Positions 35,768 through 43,735 of a stretch of DNA of 44,456 nucleotides are shown here, one piece after another; position 1 is the first letter of the stretch, and each line of letters begins with the position of its first letter. This DNA is from Acutalibacteraceae bacterium (GTDB taxonomy: Bacteria; Bacillota; Clostridia; Oscillospirales; Acutalibacteraceae): the NCBI GenBank assembly GCA_045632165.1, contig JAZQWD010000082.1, forward strand, positions 1 through 44,456, given 5' to 3'. The notes under the pieces were generated by a model, which was given only the letters and a program-made list of their open reading frames with translations, ran no database searches and was not told the DNA's origin. Both the position numbers and the translations under genes were made by a program.

Positions 35768-36490
35768 ATGAATGTTTTAGCAATTGGTTGTCATCCTGAT
35801 GACGTAGAATGTGGTTGTAGCGGTACACTTGCAAAATGCGTAAAACGCGGCGACAAGGTTATTGTTTGTCATGCATCAACCGGCAATTTGGGACATGTTG
35901 TAATCCCACCCGAAGAACTGATTAAAATTCGTGCAAACGAAGCCAAAAAAGCAGGCTCACTTGCAGGTATTGAGGTTATTTGTGCAGGCTTTAACGACCT
36001 TGAACTTTATGACAACAATAAAGAAGCCCGCGACAAGATTGTTGATATTATTCGTTACGCTAACCCCGATTTTATAATTACACAAAACCCAGACGATTAT
36101 ATGCCTGACCATACGGCAATTTCGCGCTTGGTTTTTGACGCCAGCTTTGCCGCTACCCTTCCTAATTATAAATATAAGGCGCACTTCAGCAATCCCAATG
36201 ACCCGCCCGCAAAATTAGTGCCTATTTTTTATATGGACCCCACCGCAGGCGTTAATTTCGTGCCTGAATTTTTTGTTGATATAAGTGAAGAAATCGATTT
36301 AAAAATGGAAATGCTTGAGTGTCACGAAAGTCAGCTTGTTTGGATGCGTGACCACGACAACATCGACTTTGCTGACTTTATAAAAACCTGCTCACGTTTC
36401 CGCGGTTATCAATGCGGTGCCGAATACGCTGAAGGCTTCCGTCAATGCAAGGCATACCTTAAAGGCACAACCGAAAGATTATTACCTTAA
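35768..36490 (+). CDS. PIG-L/LmbE family N-acetyl-sugar deacetylase
   Basis: VLAIGCHPDDVECGCSG is the (A/C)HPDDxE zinc motif. A downstream MPDHTA motif is also present. Confidence 0.85.
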   Translation: MNVLAIGCHPDDVECGCSGTLAKCVKRGDKVIVCHASTGNLGHVVIPPEELIKIRANEAKKAGSLAGIEVICAGFNDLELYDNNKEARDKIVDIIRYANPDFIITQNPDDYMPDHTAISRLVFDASFAATLPNYKYKAHFSNPNDPPAKLVPIFYMDPTAGVNFVPEFFVDISEEIDLKMEMLECHESQLVWMRDHDNIDFADFIKTCSRFRGYQCGAEYAEGFRQCKAYLKGTTERLLP

Positions 36491-36496
36491 AAATTT

Positions 36497-36547
36497 AAAA
36501 ATCAGATACATTATTCTTTTGAAAAAATGTATCTGATTTTTTTATTT
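36497..36547 (+). terminator. Rho-independent terminator after the amino-sugar operon
   Basis: The stem is 15 bp: aaaatcagatacatt (36497-36511) pairs with aatgtatctgatttt (36526-36540). It is followed by tttatttt. Confidence 0.75.
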
Positions 36548-36673
36548 TCAATGAACAAAATTAGCTCTGATAAAAAAATGAGCTAATTTTATAAAAACGA
36601 GCCTATTTTCTAAAGACAAATTTTTGTTATTGTGTTATTTTAATAATGTAAAAACATAAAAGGAGAGATTTTT

Positions 36674-38581
36674 ATGAAGCTTCGTCCCCCCGCTTATCCG
36701 TTAATTACAGTTGACCCTTATTTTAATATTTGGGCAATGAACGACAAACTTAATGCCGACCACACGCGTTTTTGGACCGGTGATCGAACAATGTTGCTTG
36801 GGAAAGCAACCATTGACGAGAAAACCTTTGTTTTTATGGGTTCGGCCGAAGAAATGCAATTACCCCCTATGAACCAAGTAAGTGTAGATGTCACAACCTT
36901 CACAACAAAATACATTTTTGAAGCTGCAGGCGTAATGCTAACTGCCACCTTCACAACCCCAATTTTGCCTGATGACCTAGCACTTGCTTCTCGCCCCGTT
37001 TCTTATTTACATATAGAAGTAGGTTCTACTGACGGTAAAAACCATACCGTATCAGTTGAGGTTAAAGCTTCCGAAGAGTTTTGTATGGAAAATTATGAAG
37101 ATCTTGGTGTAAACGTTAACCAAATAAAAGTCTCCCCTTCTATTTCTGCTATGCGTATTGGCGGTATTGAGCAAGCAATTCTCGGAAAATCAGGTGATGG
37201 CATTGGAATTGACTGGGGATATTTTTATCTTGCAATTAAAGATGGTGAACTATCAACCGATGAAGAATTCAAACGCGTTTTCGTTTCCGCTAAAAAATCA
37301 CTTGATACAAATGAAAATCAAACTGCTTTATTTGCTTTTGCTTACGATGATATTAAATCTATCGTGTACTTCGGCAACCAACTTGATGCCTATTGGAAGT
37401 CACAAGGCAAAACCATTGAACAAGAAATTGAAGCTGCTTTTTTAGAATATGAATCACTTATGCTTCGTACAAAAGCATTTCACGACAAACTTTTTTCAGA
37501 TGCAACCACTGCCGGTGGTGAAAAATATGCCGAACTTCTTGTTTTAGCACTTCGCCAAGTTATGGCAGCACATAAATTAGTGGTGGATACTGAAGGTAAA
37601 TTACTTTTCATTTCAAAAGAGTGCTTTTCTAACGGATGTGCCGCCACCACTGACGTAAGTTATCCTTCTATTCCTTTGTTCTTAATTTATAATACCGAGC
37701 TAGCAAAGGGTATTATGCGACCGATTATGCATTATTCCGCAAGTGAACATTGGCCCTATCCCTTCGCTCCACATGATGTGGGTAGATATCCTATTCTTAA
37801 CGGTCAAGCCTATAGCCGTGGCACAAAACCTGCATGGCAAATGCCGGTTGAAGAATGCGGAAATATGCTTTTGATGGCCTCTGCTGTAGCTTTAGCCGAA
37901 AAAAATACCGATTTCGTCACAGAACATAAGGAATTGCTTGATAAATGGGCTGAATATTTAGTTGAAAACGGATTAGATCCGGAAAGTCAAGTAACCTCTG
38001 ATGACTTTGCAGGCCATATCGCTCACAACTGTAATCTATCGCTTAAAGCATTAATGGCGCTTGGCGGATATGCAAAGATTTGCGAAATAATGAATGAACC
38101 CGATAAATCTCAAAAATACCGTAGCGCCGCCGAAGAAATGGCAAAATTTTGGATTGAAAACGCCGCAAACGGTGACGGCAGTTTCCGTTTAGCATTTGAC
38201 CGCCCCGATAGCTTTAGTATGAAATATAACGCTGTTTGGGATAAAATTTTCGGCTTAAGTCTTTTACCAAAAGACGCAATACAATCAGAACTCAATAGCT
38301 ATGTGCAAAAAGCAAATCCTTATGGTATACAACTAATTGACACTTCAGATTTCACAAATTCAGGTTGGATTGCATGGACCGCCACTATGGCTGATACACA
38401 AGAATTATTTAGCAAATTAATGGACCCCGTGTGGCTTTGCTTCCATATTTCACCCTCTCGCGTGCCCTTGGCGGACTGGTATTCATCAGTTACATCTATT
38501 AAGCTTGCAGGACAAAACCGTACTGTTCAAGGCGCATTATTTATGAAATTATTAGATTATAAGAAAATTTGTCACTTTTAA
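36674..38581 (+). CDS. DUF4965/DUF1793 (glutaminase-A-like) protein, paralogue of 3835-5736, cytoplasmic
   Basis: It is colinear with the first copy. EKYAELLVLALRQVMAAHKLVVD..ISKECFSNGCAATTDVSYPSIPLFLIYNTEL is about 70 percent identical in the core. An AAGGAGAG RBS is present. Confidence 0.65.
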   Translation: MKLRPPAYPLITVDPYFNIWAMNDKLNADHTRFWTGDRTMLLGKATIDEKTFVFMGSAEEMQLPPMNQVSVDVTTFTTKYIFEAAGVMLTATFTTPILPDDLALASRPVSYLHIEVGSTDGKNHTVSVEVKASEEFCMENYEDLGVNVNQIKVSPSISAMRIGGIEQAILGKSGDGIGIDWGYFYLAIKDGELSTDEEFKRVFVSAKKSLDTNENQTALFAFAYDDIKSIVYFGNQLDAYWKSQGKTIEQEIEAAFLEYESLMLRTKAFHDKLFSDATTAGGEKYAELLVLALRQVMAAHKLVVDTEGKLLFISKECFSNGCAATTDVSYPSIPLFLIYNTELAKGIMRPIMHYSASEHWPYPFAPHDVGRYPILNGQAYSRGTKPAWQMPVEECGNMLLMASAVALAEKNTDFVTEHKELLDKWAEYLVENGLDPESQVTSDDFAGHIAHNCNLSLKALMALGGYAKICEIMNEPDKSQKYRSAAEEMAKFWIENAANGDGSFRLAFDRPDSFSMKYNAVWDKIFGLSLLPKDAIQSELNSYVQKANPYGIQLIDTSDFTNSGWIAWTATMADTQELFSKLMDPVWLCFHISPSRVPLADWYSSVTSIKLAGQNRTVQGALFMKLLDYKKICHF

Positions 38582-38600
38582 TTGTGTAAAGGAGTAAAAA

Positions 38601-39716
38601 ATGTCTAAAAAATTACTTAGATTTGGTATCGTAGGCATCGGTGGTAGACCAAAAGCTTTTTTAAGCGCTTTTGAAAAAAGCGGCAAAGCGTGCCTTGCTG
38701 CTGTATGTGATCTTAACCGTGAAATAATGGATGAAAACACAGCCGATATTCCAAATTTGCTTAAATTTACTGATTATGAAGAAATGCTTGAGAAAGCTAA
38801 CCTGGACGCAGTAATTGTGGGTACTCCCATACATTTACACGTACCTCAATCAATAGCAGCACTTAAAAGAAACATTCATGTTTTCAGCGAAGTTACGGCT
38901 GGAATTTCAATCGAAGAATGCAAACAATTAGTCGATGCTTGTAAAAATTCAAAAGCAAAATATATGTTAGGCGAAAATTGCAATTATTTGCGTTCTAATA
39001 TGATTGTTGCCAATATGATAAAAGACGGCAAATTCGGCGAGCTTTGCTATGCTGAGGGTGAATATAACCACGACTGCCGTAACCTTATACCCAAAACCCC
39101 TTGGCGTAAAAAATATGTATTTGATGTGGCGGGTATAACCTATGGTACACATTCGTTAGGACCGATTCTTTCTTGGCTTGGAGACGACCGAGTTACATCG
39201 GTTTGTTGTGCAGGAAGCAATAGCGCAACAACTGATTTGGATGGAAATCCATTTGAAACTTCAACCTGTTATATTATGCTTTGCAAAACCGAAAAAGGTC
39301 GCCTTATTAAAATTAAAAACAATATGCTTTCCCCCCGTCCTTACGGCTTGAATTATTCTTTAGAAGGTAGCAAAGCGGCTTTCCAAAGTTTTCGTTTAGA
39401 AGACCAAACTGACAACCCCGACTATATTTGGTTTGACGGTAAATCACCTAAAACTCGTTGGGAGGATATCGCAATTTACGAAGAAGGTTACGTACCTGAA
39501 ATTTGGAAAAAGCATTCAAATGAAAACAACGCAAAAGGTCACGAAGGTGCCGATGTTATTACAATGATTGACTTCATTGACGCAATTTACGACGGAAAAG
39601 AATCCCCCATTGATGTTCACAAGGCAATGGATATGACCTTACCCGGCCTTATCAGTCAGCAGTCTGTTAAAAACGGTGGGATTTGGCTAGACGTTCCAAA
39701 TTCGCGTGATTGGTAA
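38601..39716 (+). CDS. Gfo/Idh/MocA family oxidoreductase-like protein with an altered EKP motif
   Basis: The Rossmann motif is FGIVGIGGRP. The position of the conserved (C)EKP motif reads HVFSEVT, so Lys is replaced by Val. Confidence 0.75.
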   Translation: MSKKLLRFGIVGIGGRPKAFLSAFEKSGKACLAAVCDLNREIMDENTADIPNLLKFTDYEEMLEKANLDAVIVGTPIHLHVPQSIAALKRNIHVFSEVTAGISIEECKQLVDACKNSKAKYMLGENCNYLRSNMIVANMIKDGKFGELCYAEGEYNHDCRNLIPKTPWRKKYVFDVAGITYGTHSLGPILSWLGDDRVTSVCCAGSNSATTDLDGNPFETSTCYIMLCKTEKGRLIKIKNNMLSPRPYGLNYSLEGSKAAFQSFRLEDQTDNPDYIWFDGKSPKTRWEDIAIYEEGYVPEIWKKHSNENNAKGHEGADVITMIDFIDAIYDGKESPIDVHKAMDMTLPGLISQQSVKNGGIWLDVPNSRDW

Positions 39717-39752
39717 TAAACTGAACTTTAATAATTTTGAAAAAGGTGTTTT

Positions 39753-40607
39753 GTGGGAATTTTATTAATATTTTTAAGTGTTTGTTCCAATTTATTGGAA
39801 GGCGTAATCGTTAAGAAAAACGGCCAAAAAAACGAAACAAATGTATTTTGGTTTAATGCATTAATGGCATTAGCTTCAATGCTGTTTTTCGCAGTTACTG
39901 AAACAGATGGTTTTGCCATTCCAGCTGAATTGTGGCTTTATGCAATACCATCGGCCTGTTGTTATTGCAGTGCGCTTATTTGCACCTATTTTGCTTTGGC
40001 AGAAGGGTCGTTTGCGATTTCAATGATGGTTATATCCTATTCAATTGTTTTACCGGTTGTATATGGTATGGCCTTTTTAAAGGAACCGGTTTCTTGGTTA
40101 ACTTGCATTGCGTTGGTCATAATGCTTGCTTCACTATATTTAACAAGAGAAGATACATCTAAAGATAGCAACAAATTTTCATTTAAATGGCTCATTTTGA
40201 TAACTCTAGCAACCGTAGGAAGCGGCTTCTTTGCAATTTTCAAAAAAATGCAGCAACTACGCTTTGAAGAAAAATGTAATAACGAATTTATGATTTTATC
40301 ACTTGGCATAACCGTGCTAGTACTTTTTGTGCTTGGCCTTCTCAAGAGGAAGAAAAACGCAAAAAGCATTAATGCAAAAACTGTTTTAATTGCATTGGGT
40401 GCAGGGTTTTCCAACGGCATTACCAATATGCTTACACTGCTAATCAACACTGTTATGGAATTGTCGATTTCCTCCCCCATTAGTACCGGTATGCGAATAG
40501 TTCTTTCATTTATAGTTTCTAACCTTTTCTTGCACGAAAGGTTTTTAAGACGACAAATTGTTGGTGTTATATTAGGTGCCGTTTCACTTTTAATGTTAAG
40601 TATATAA
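39753..40607 (+). CDS. DMT superfamily (EamA-like) membrane transporter, about 10 TM
   Basis: The 284-aa protein is strongly hydrophobic and has two similar halves. The GTG start follows an AAAGGTG RBS. Confidence 0.6.
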   Translation: MGILLIFLSVCSNLLEGVIVKKNGQKNETNVFWFNALMALASMLFFAVTETDGFAIPAELWLYAIPSACCYCSALICTYFALAEGSFAISMMVISYSIVLPVVYGMAFLKEPVSWLTCIALVIMLASLYLTREDTSKDSNKFSFKWLILITLATVGSGFFAIFKKMQQLRFEEKCNNEFMILSLGITVLVLFVLGLLKRKKNAKSINAKTVLIALGAGFSNGITNMLTLLINTVMELSISSPISTGMRIVLSFIVSNLFLHERFLRRQIVGVILGAVSLLMLSI

Positions 40608-40626
40608 ATCACCAGATTATTTTAAA

Positions 40627-40661
40627 AAAGAAAGCCTCTTTAAAAGAAGCTTTCTTTTTTT
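40627..40661 (+). terminator. Rho-independent terminator after the DMT transporter gene
   Basis: aaagaaagc (40627-40635) pairs with gctttcttt (40649-40657), with extra inner pairs. A T-run follows. Confidence 0.65.
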
Positions 40662-40726
40662 ATTAAGAATAAAACCAAAAGCGAGCATTTAAGTCATATA
40701 AAAACAAAAAATGTCCATCACAAGTA

Positions 40727-40740
40727 GCAAAATGGCGAGA
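40727..40740 (+). promoter_or_regulatory. Second copy of the GCA(A/T)AATGGCGAGA element
   Basis: gcaaaatggcgaga lies immediately upstream of the predicted promoter of the SIS-led operon. It matches the minus-strand copy at 31689-31702. Confidence 0.3.
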
Positions 40741-40744
40741 ATAT

Positions 40745-40773
40745 TTGAAAAAAATATGTTATATTTGTATAAA
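40745..40773 (+). promoter_or_regulatory. Sigma-A-type promoter (TTGAAA, 17-nt spacer, TATAAA) for the SIS/FucU/BNR/repeat-protein operon
   Basis: ttgaaa (40745-40750) is followed by a 17-nt spacer and tataaa (40768-40773). Confidence 0.4.
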
Positions 40774-40850
40774 AGATAATGTATCAATTAGACTTTCAAC
40801 CAAATTTGCTTTGGTATGAAATTCTATTTTTCAAAAAAAGGGTGATGTTT

Positions 40851-41447
40851 ATGTCTTGTTTTGAAACGTTTAAAAACACCATTGCAACCGAAATGGATGC
40901 TGCTCTTGCCAATATAAACGAAGATATATTTCTTCCGGCAGCCCAAATCATTTGGGATGCTGAAAAAAACGGCAACCGAATACATATAACCGGTATAGGT
41001 AAGCCTGCCCACATTGCAGGCTATATATCATCACTAATGTCTTCAACTGGCACACCAACATATTTTTTACATGGTACCGAAGCTGTTCACGGCTCTTGTG
41101 GTCAGTTACGCGAAGGCGACGTTGTAATTTGTATTTCAAACAGTGGTGAAACTGCCGAGCTTAAAGCAACTGCTTTGGCTATAAGAAATAATGGCTGCAA
41201 GGTTATTGGCGTTACAGGTAATCCGCAATCATGGTTGGCACAATTTGCCGATGCGCATTTAACTGCCGCAATTACTAATGAAGGCGGTCCATTGAACCGT
41301 GCACCACGTGCATCAATTTTAGTAGAAACACTTATACTTCAGGCACTTTCAGTTATTTTACAGGAAAAGCGCGCCATTACCCCACAAGAATATGTTAAAC
41401 GCCATCCCGGCGGCGCACTTGGTCAGCTTCGTGAAAACGAAAAGTAG
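40851..41447 (+). CDS. KdsD/KpsF/GutQ-family sugar-phosphate isomerase (arabinose-5-phosphate-isomerase-like), SIS domain only with no CBS pair
   Basis: [41 protein letters not shown] and the C-terminal [10 protein letters not shown] match the E. coli KdsD blocks [41 protein letters not shown] and SHPGGALGRKLL. The protein ends right after the SIS domain. I prefer ATG 40851 (GGGTGA RBS) over the track start at 40779. Confidence 0.7.
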   Translation: [198 protein letters not shown]

Positions 41448-41459
41448 GGAGAGATAGAT

Positions 41460-41891
41460 ATGCTTAAAGGAATTCCAACCGTACTAAACCCCGAACTTTT
41501 AAAAATTCTTATGGAAATGGGTCACGGCGATACATTAGTTATCGGCGATGGAAACTTTCCCGCTGCAACCTATGCAAAAAGACTTGTAAGATGCGACGGT
41601 CAAACCGTACCCCAAATGCTTGATGCTATTTTAAAGCTTTTCCCACTTGATACACCCGATACCCAGCCTGTTTGCGTAATGCAAACTTCCGACGGTATGG
41701 AAACTCCACCCGTATGGGCTGATTTTAAAGCAGTCATTGAAAAGCACGAGCCCAACGGCCGAGAATTGACCGAAATTGAACGCTTTGCATTTTATGAAAA
41801 AGCCAAAAATGCTTATGCGATTGTCACAACAGGCGAAACCGCCCTTTTTGCAAACATACCCATTAAAAAAGGTGTTGTTATTGAAAAATAA
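41460..41891 (+). CDS. fucU: RbsD/FucU family sugar mutarotase/pyranase (FucU-like)
   Basis: MLKGIPTVLNPELLKILMEMGHGDTLVIGDGNFPA...ERFAFYEKAKNAYAIVTTGE closely parallels E. coli FucU (..[27 protein letters not shown]...RFAFYERAQKAFAIVITGE). Confidence 0.75.
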   Translation: MLKGIPTVLNPELLKILMEMGHGDTLVIGDGNFPAATYAKRLVRCDGQTVPQMLDAILKLFPLDTPDTQPVCVMQTSDGMETPPVWADFKAVIEKHEPNGRELTEIERFAFYEKAKNAYAIVTTGETALFANIPIKKGVVIEK

Positions 41892-41947
41892 TTTCAACAC
41901 CTACACATATAATTATATAATATCCCGAAAGGCTTTGGTGAAGCACT

Positions 41948-43072
41948 ATGGAAAACGAAGTTAAAAAAGAAGTCAAAGTCCGCGAAATTACCATTTTTGA
42001 TGGTAACGAGGGTTGGGTACATAATGATCATATGTACCGCCTTGCCTGTGCAGTGCAAATTGTTCAGGCACCCGACGGCTCGTTAATTGCGGGTTGGATG
42101 ACAGGCGGTAACATGGAACCCGCTGACGACCACATTGCAGTTTGCGCCCGTTCTTATGACGGTGGTGAAACCTGGACCGAGCCCGAAGTTTTACTCGGCG
42201 AAGGCGATGGAAACGGTGCAGCTGGTATTTTTGAAATTGATGGTCGCCTTTACCAAATGGCAGCCCGTTGGGAAGATAATTACGGCGTTTGGAAATATGT
42301 TCGCCGCGAATCGCTTGACAACGGTAAAACTTGGATTAATGAAGTGCCCGTTAAAATTATTGAAGGCGAAGGACTTTCATCATCATTAGGCAATTTCATC
42401 CGTTTGCAAAACGGTGAACTTATATGTGCAGTAAACACAATGCAGCTTCGCGATAAGCCCCTTGAGGCAGGTGTTGAACGCTTAGTTTACGCTAAAACCG
42501 AAGAAGAAGCTGCTGCAATGTCACCCCGTACCGAAGACGAAACACACGCACTTTGGATGGATAAGTACATCTACGGTATGGCAACTGCATTAGTTAGTGA
42601 AGATTTAACAAAATTTACCCCATTGGGTGGTTTTGCTAACCGTCCGCTCGGCCTGCTGGAAGGTCAGATAATCCAGCTTAAGAACGGAAACCTTGCTATG
42701 ATAGTAAGAGCTGAATGGGGTGGATTCCTTTGGAGAAGCGACAGTACCGATAACGGACGTACCTGGTGCGACGCTTATCCGCTTGATATTCCTAACCCCA
42801 GTACCCTTGCAACCGTACTTCGCCTGCCCGATGGCAGAATTGCTTTGTTCCACAATGCAATTGGCGAATTCGGTAAAAAGTCCAGCCGAAACAGACTTTC
42901 AATTTGGGTCAGCAACGACGAAATGGAAAGCTGGTACATCAAAACTGATGTTATTTTTGGCGGACAAAACGCATACCCCTGCCCCTACGTCCTTCAGGAC
43001 GGCCGCGTAGTCTTTACCTATGATAAGGACAGACGCATGGCAAAATTTGTCGAGGTTACAATACCCGATTAA
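41948..43072 (+). CDS. BNR/Asp-box sialidase-fold beta-propeller protein, cytoplasmic
   Basis: Asp-boxes are SYDGGETWT, SLDNGKTWI, STDNGRTWC and a degenerate SNDEMESWY. There is no signal peptide and no F/YRIP motif. Confidence 0.7.
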   Translation: MENEVKKEVKVREITIFDGNEGWVHNDHMYRLACAVQIVQAPDGSLIAGWMTGGNMEPADDHIAVCARSYDGGETWTEPEVLLGEGDGNGAAGIFEIDGRLYQMAARWEDNYGVWKYVRRESLDNGKTWINEVPVKIIEGEGLSSSLGNFIRLQNGELICAVNTMQLRDKPLEAGVERLVYAKTEEEAAAMSPRTEDETHALWMDKYIYGMATALVSEDLTKFTPLGGFANRPLGLLEGQIIQLKNGNLAMIVRAEWGGFLWRSDSTDNGRTWCDAYPLDIPNPSTLATVLRLPDGRIALFHNAIGEFGKKSSRNRLSIWVSNDEMESWYIKTDVIFGGQNAYPCPYVLQDGRVVFTYDKDRRMAKFVEVTIPD

Positions 43073-43097
43073 CAAAAAATTATTGGAGGTTTTTATT

Positions 43098-43735
43098 ATG
43101 AAAAAACTATTAGCGATTTTATGTACAATAGCATTAATTGCTACCTGCTGCGCAGTTTCCTTCACCGCGTTTGCAGCTGAAACTGCTACAACTTCCCCCG
43201 CGCTTTACAATTTTACTACTAAAGCTGAAACTGATAAATGGGTTGGTCTTAGAATACTTGAATTTAACGGTAACACCAAATTCGAGTATGATGCCGAACA
43301 ACAAGCCCTTAAGGTTTCACCTAAGGATATTACAAAACCCAAAGCTTGCCAATTTACACTTGGTATGGCTAACAAAACCACAAATGTATCTGACTATCCT
43401 GTAATTGCTTTTAAGGTTAAGGCAAATAACCGTACCCGTAACACCTGCGGTATTTGGCCGGGTACAAAGGTTGAGGGCAGAAGCATTTATTCCTGTGGTG
43501 ATGTTTGCACATTCTATGACCGCACAGGTAACTGGGATTTAATTATTTATGATGGCTCAAAGGCAAACCTTGCAGGCTATGAAGGTAAATGGGACAGCAT
43601 TATTGTTCGCTTAATGAGCGATTCTGAAATCCCCAACGAAACCGACTACACTTGGATTCAATGGGCAGGCGTATTTAAGAGCGTTGAAGACGTTTACGCT
43701 TATGATACCAGCATGGCACCTTCCCCCTTCTTCTA
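43098..43735 (+). repeat. Right arm of the inverted duplication (pairs with 30010-30646)
   Basis: See the left arm. The first domain is about 80-85 percent identical at protein level. Identity drops to roughly 55-60 percent in the second domain. Confidence 0.8.

Noticed and set aside
40037-40612. 191-aa minus-strand ORF
   Set aside because: It is antisense to the DMT transporter gene and would run through the transporter's terminator. It has no RBS.
43138-43404. 88-aa ORF that is conserved with the 88-aa ORF at 30340-30606, which could look like a conserved small gene
   Set aside because: Both are the same alternative frame of the duplicated 5-prime region of the repeat-protein paralogues. 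The conservation follows from the nucleotide duplication, not from selection on that frame.
30010-43735. Interpreting the inverted repeats as the ends of a mobile element or composite transposon
   Set aside because: The arms are the coding 5-prime ends of paralogous structural genes. No transposase, integrase or recombinase gene lies between or beside them. No target-site duplication is visible either.
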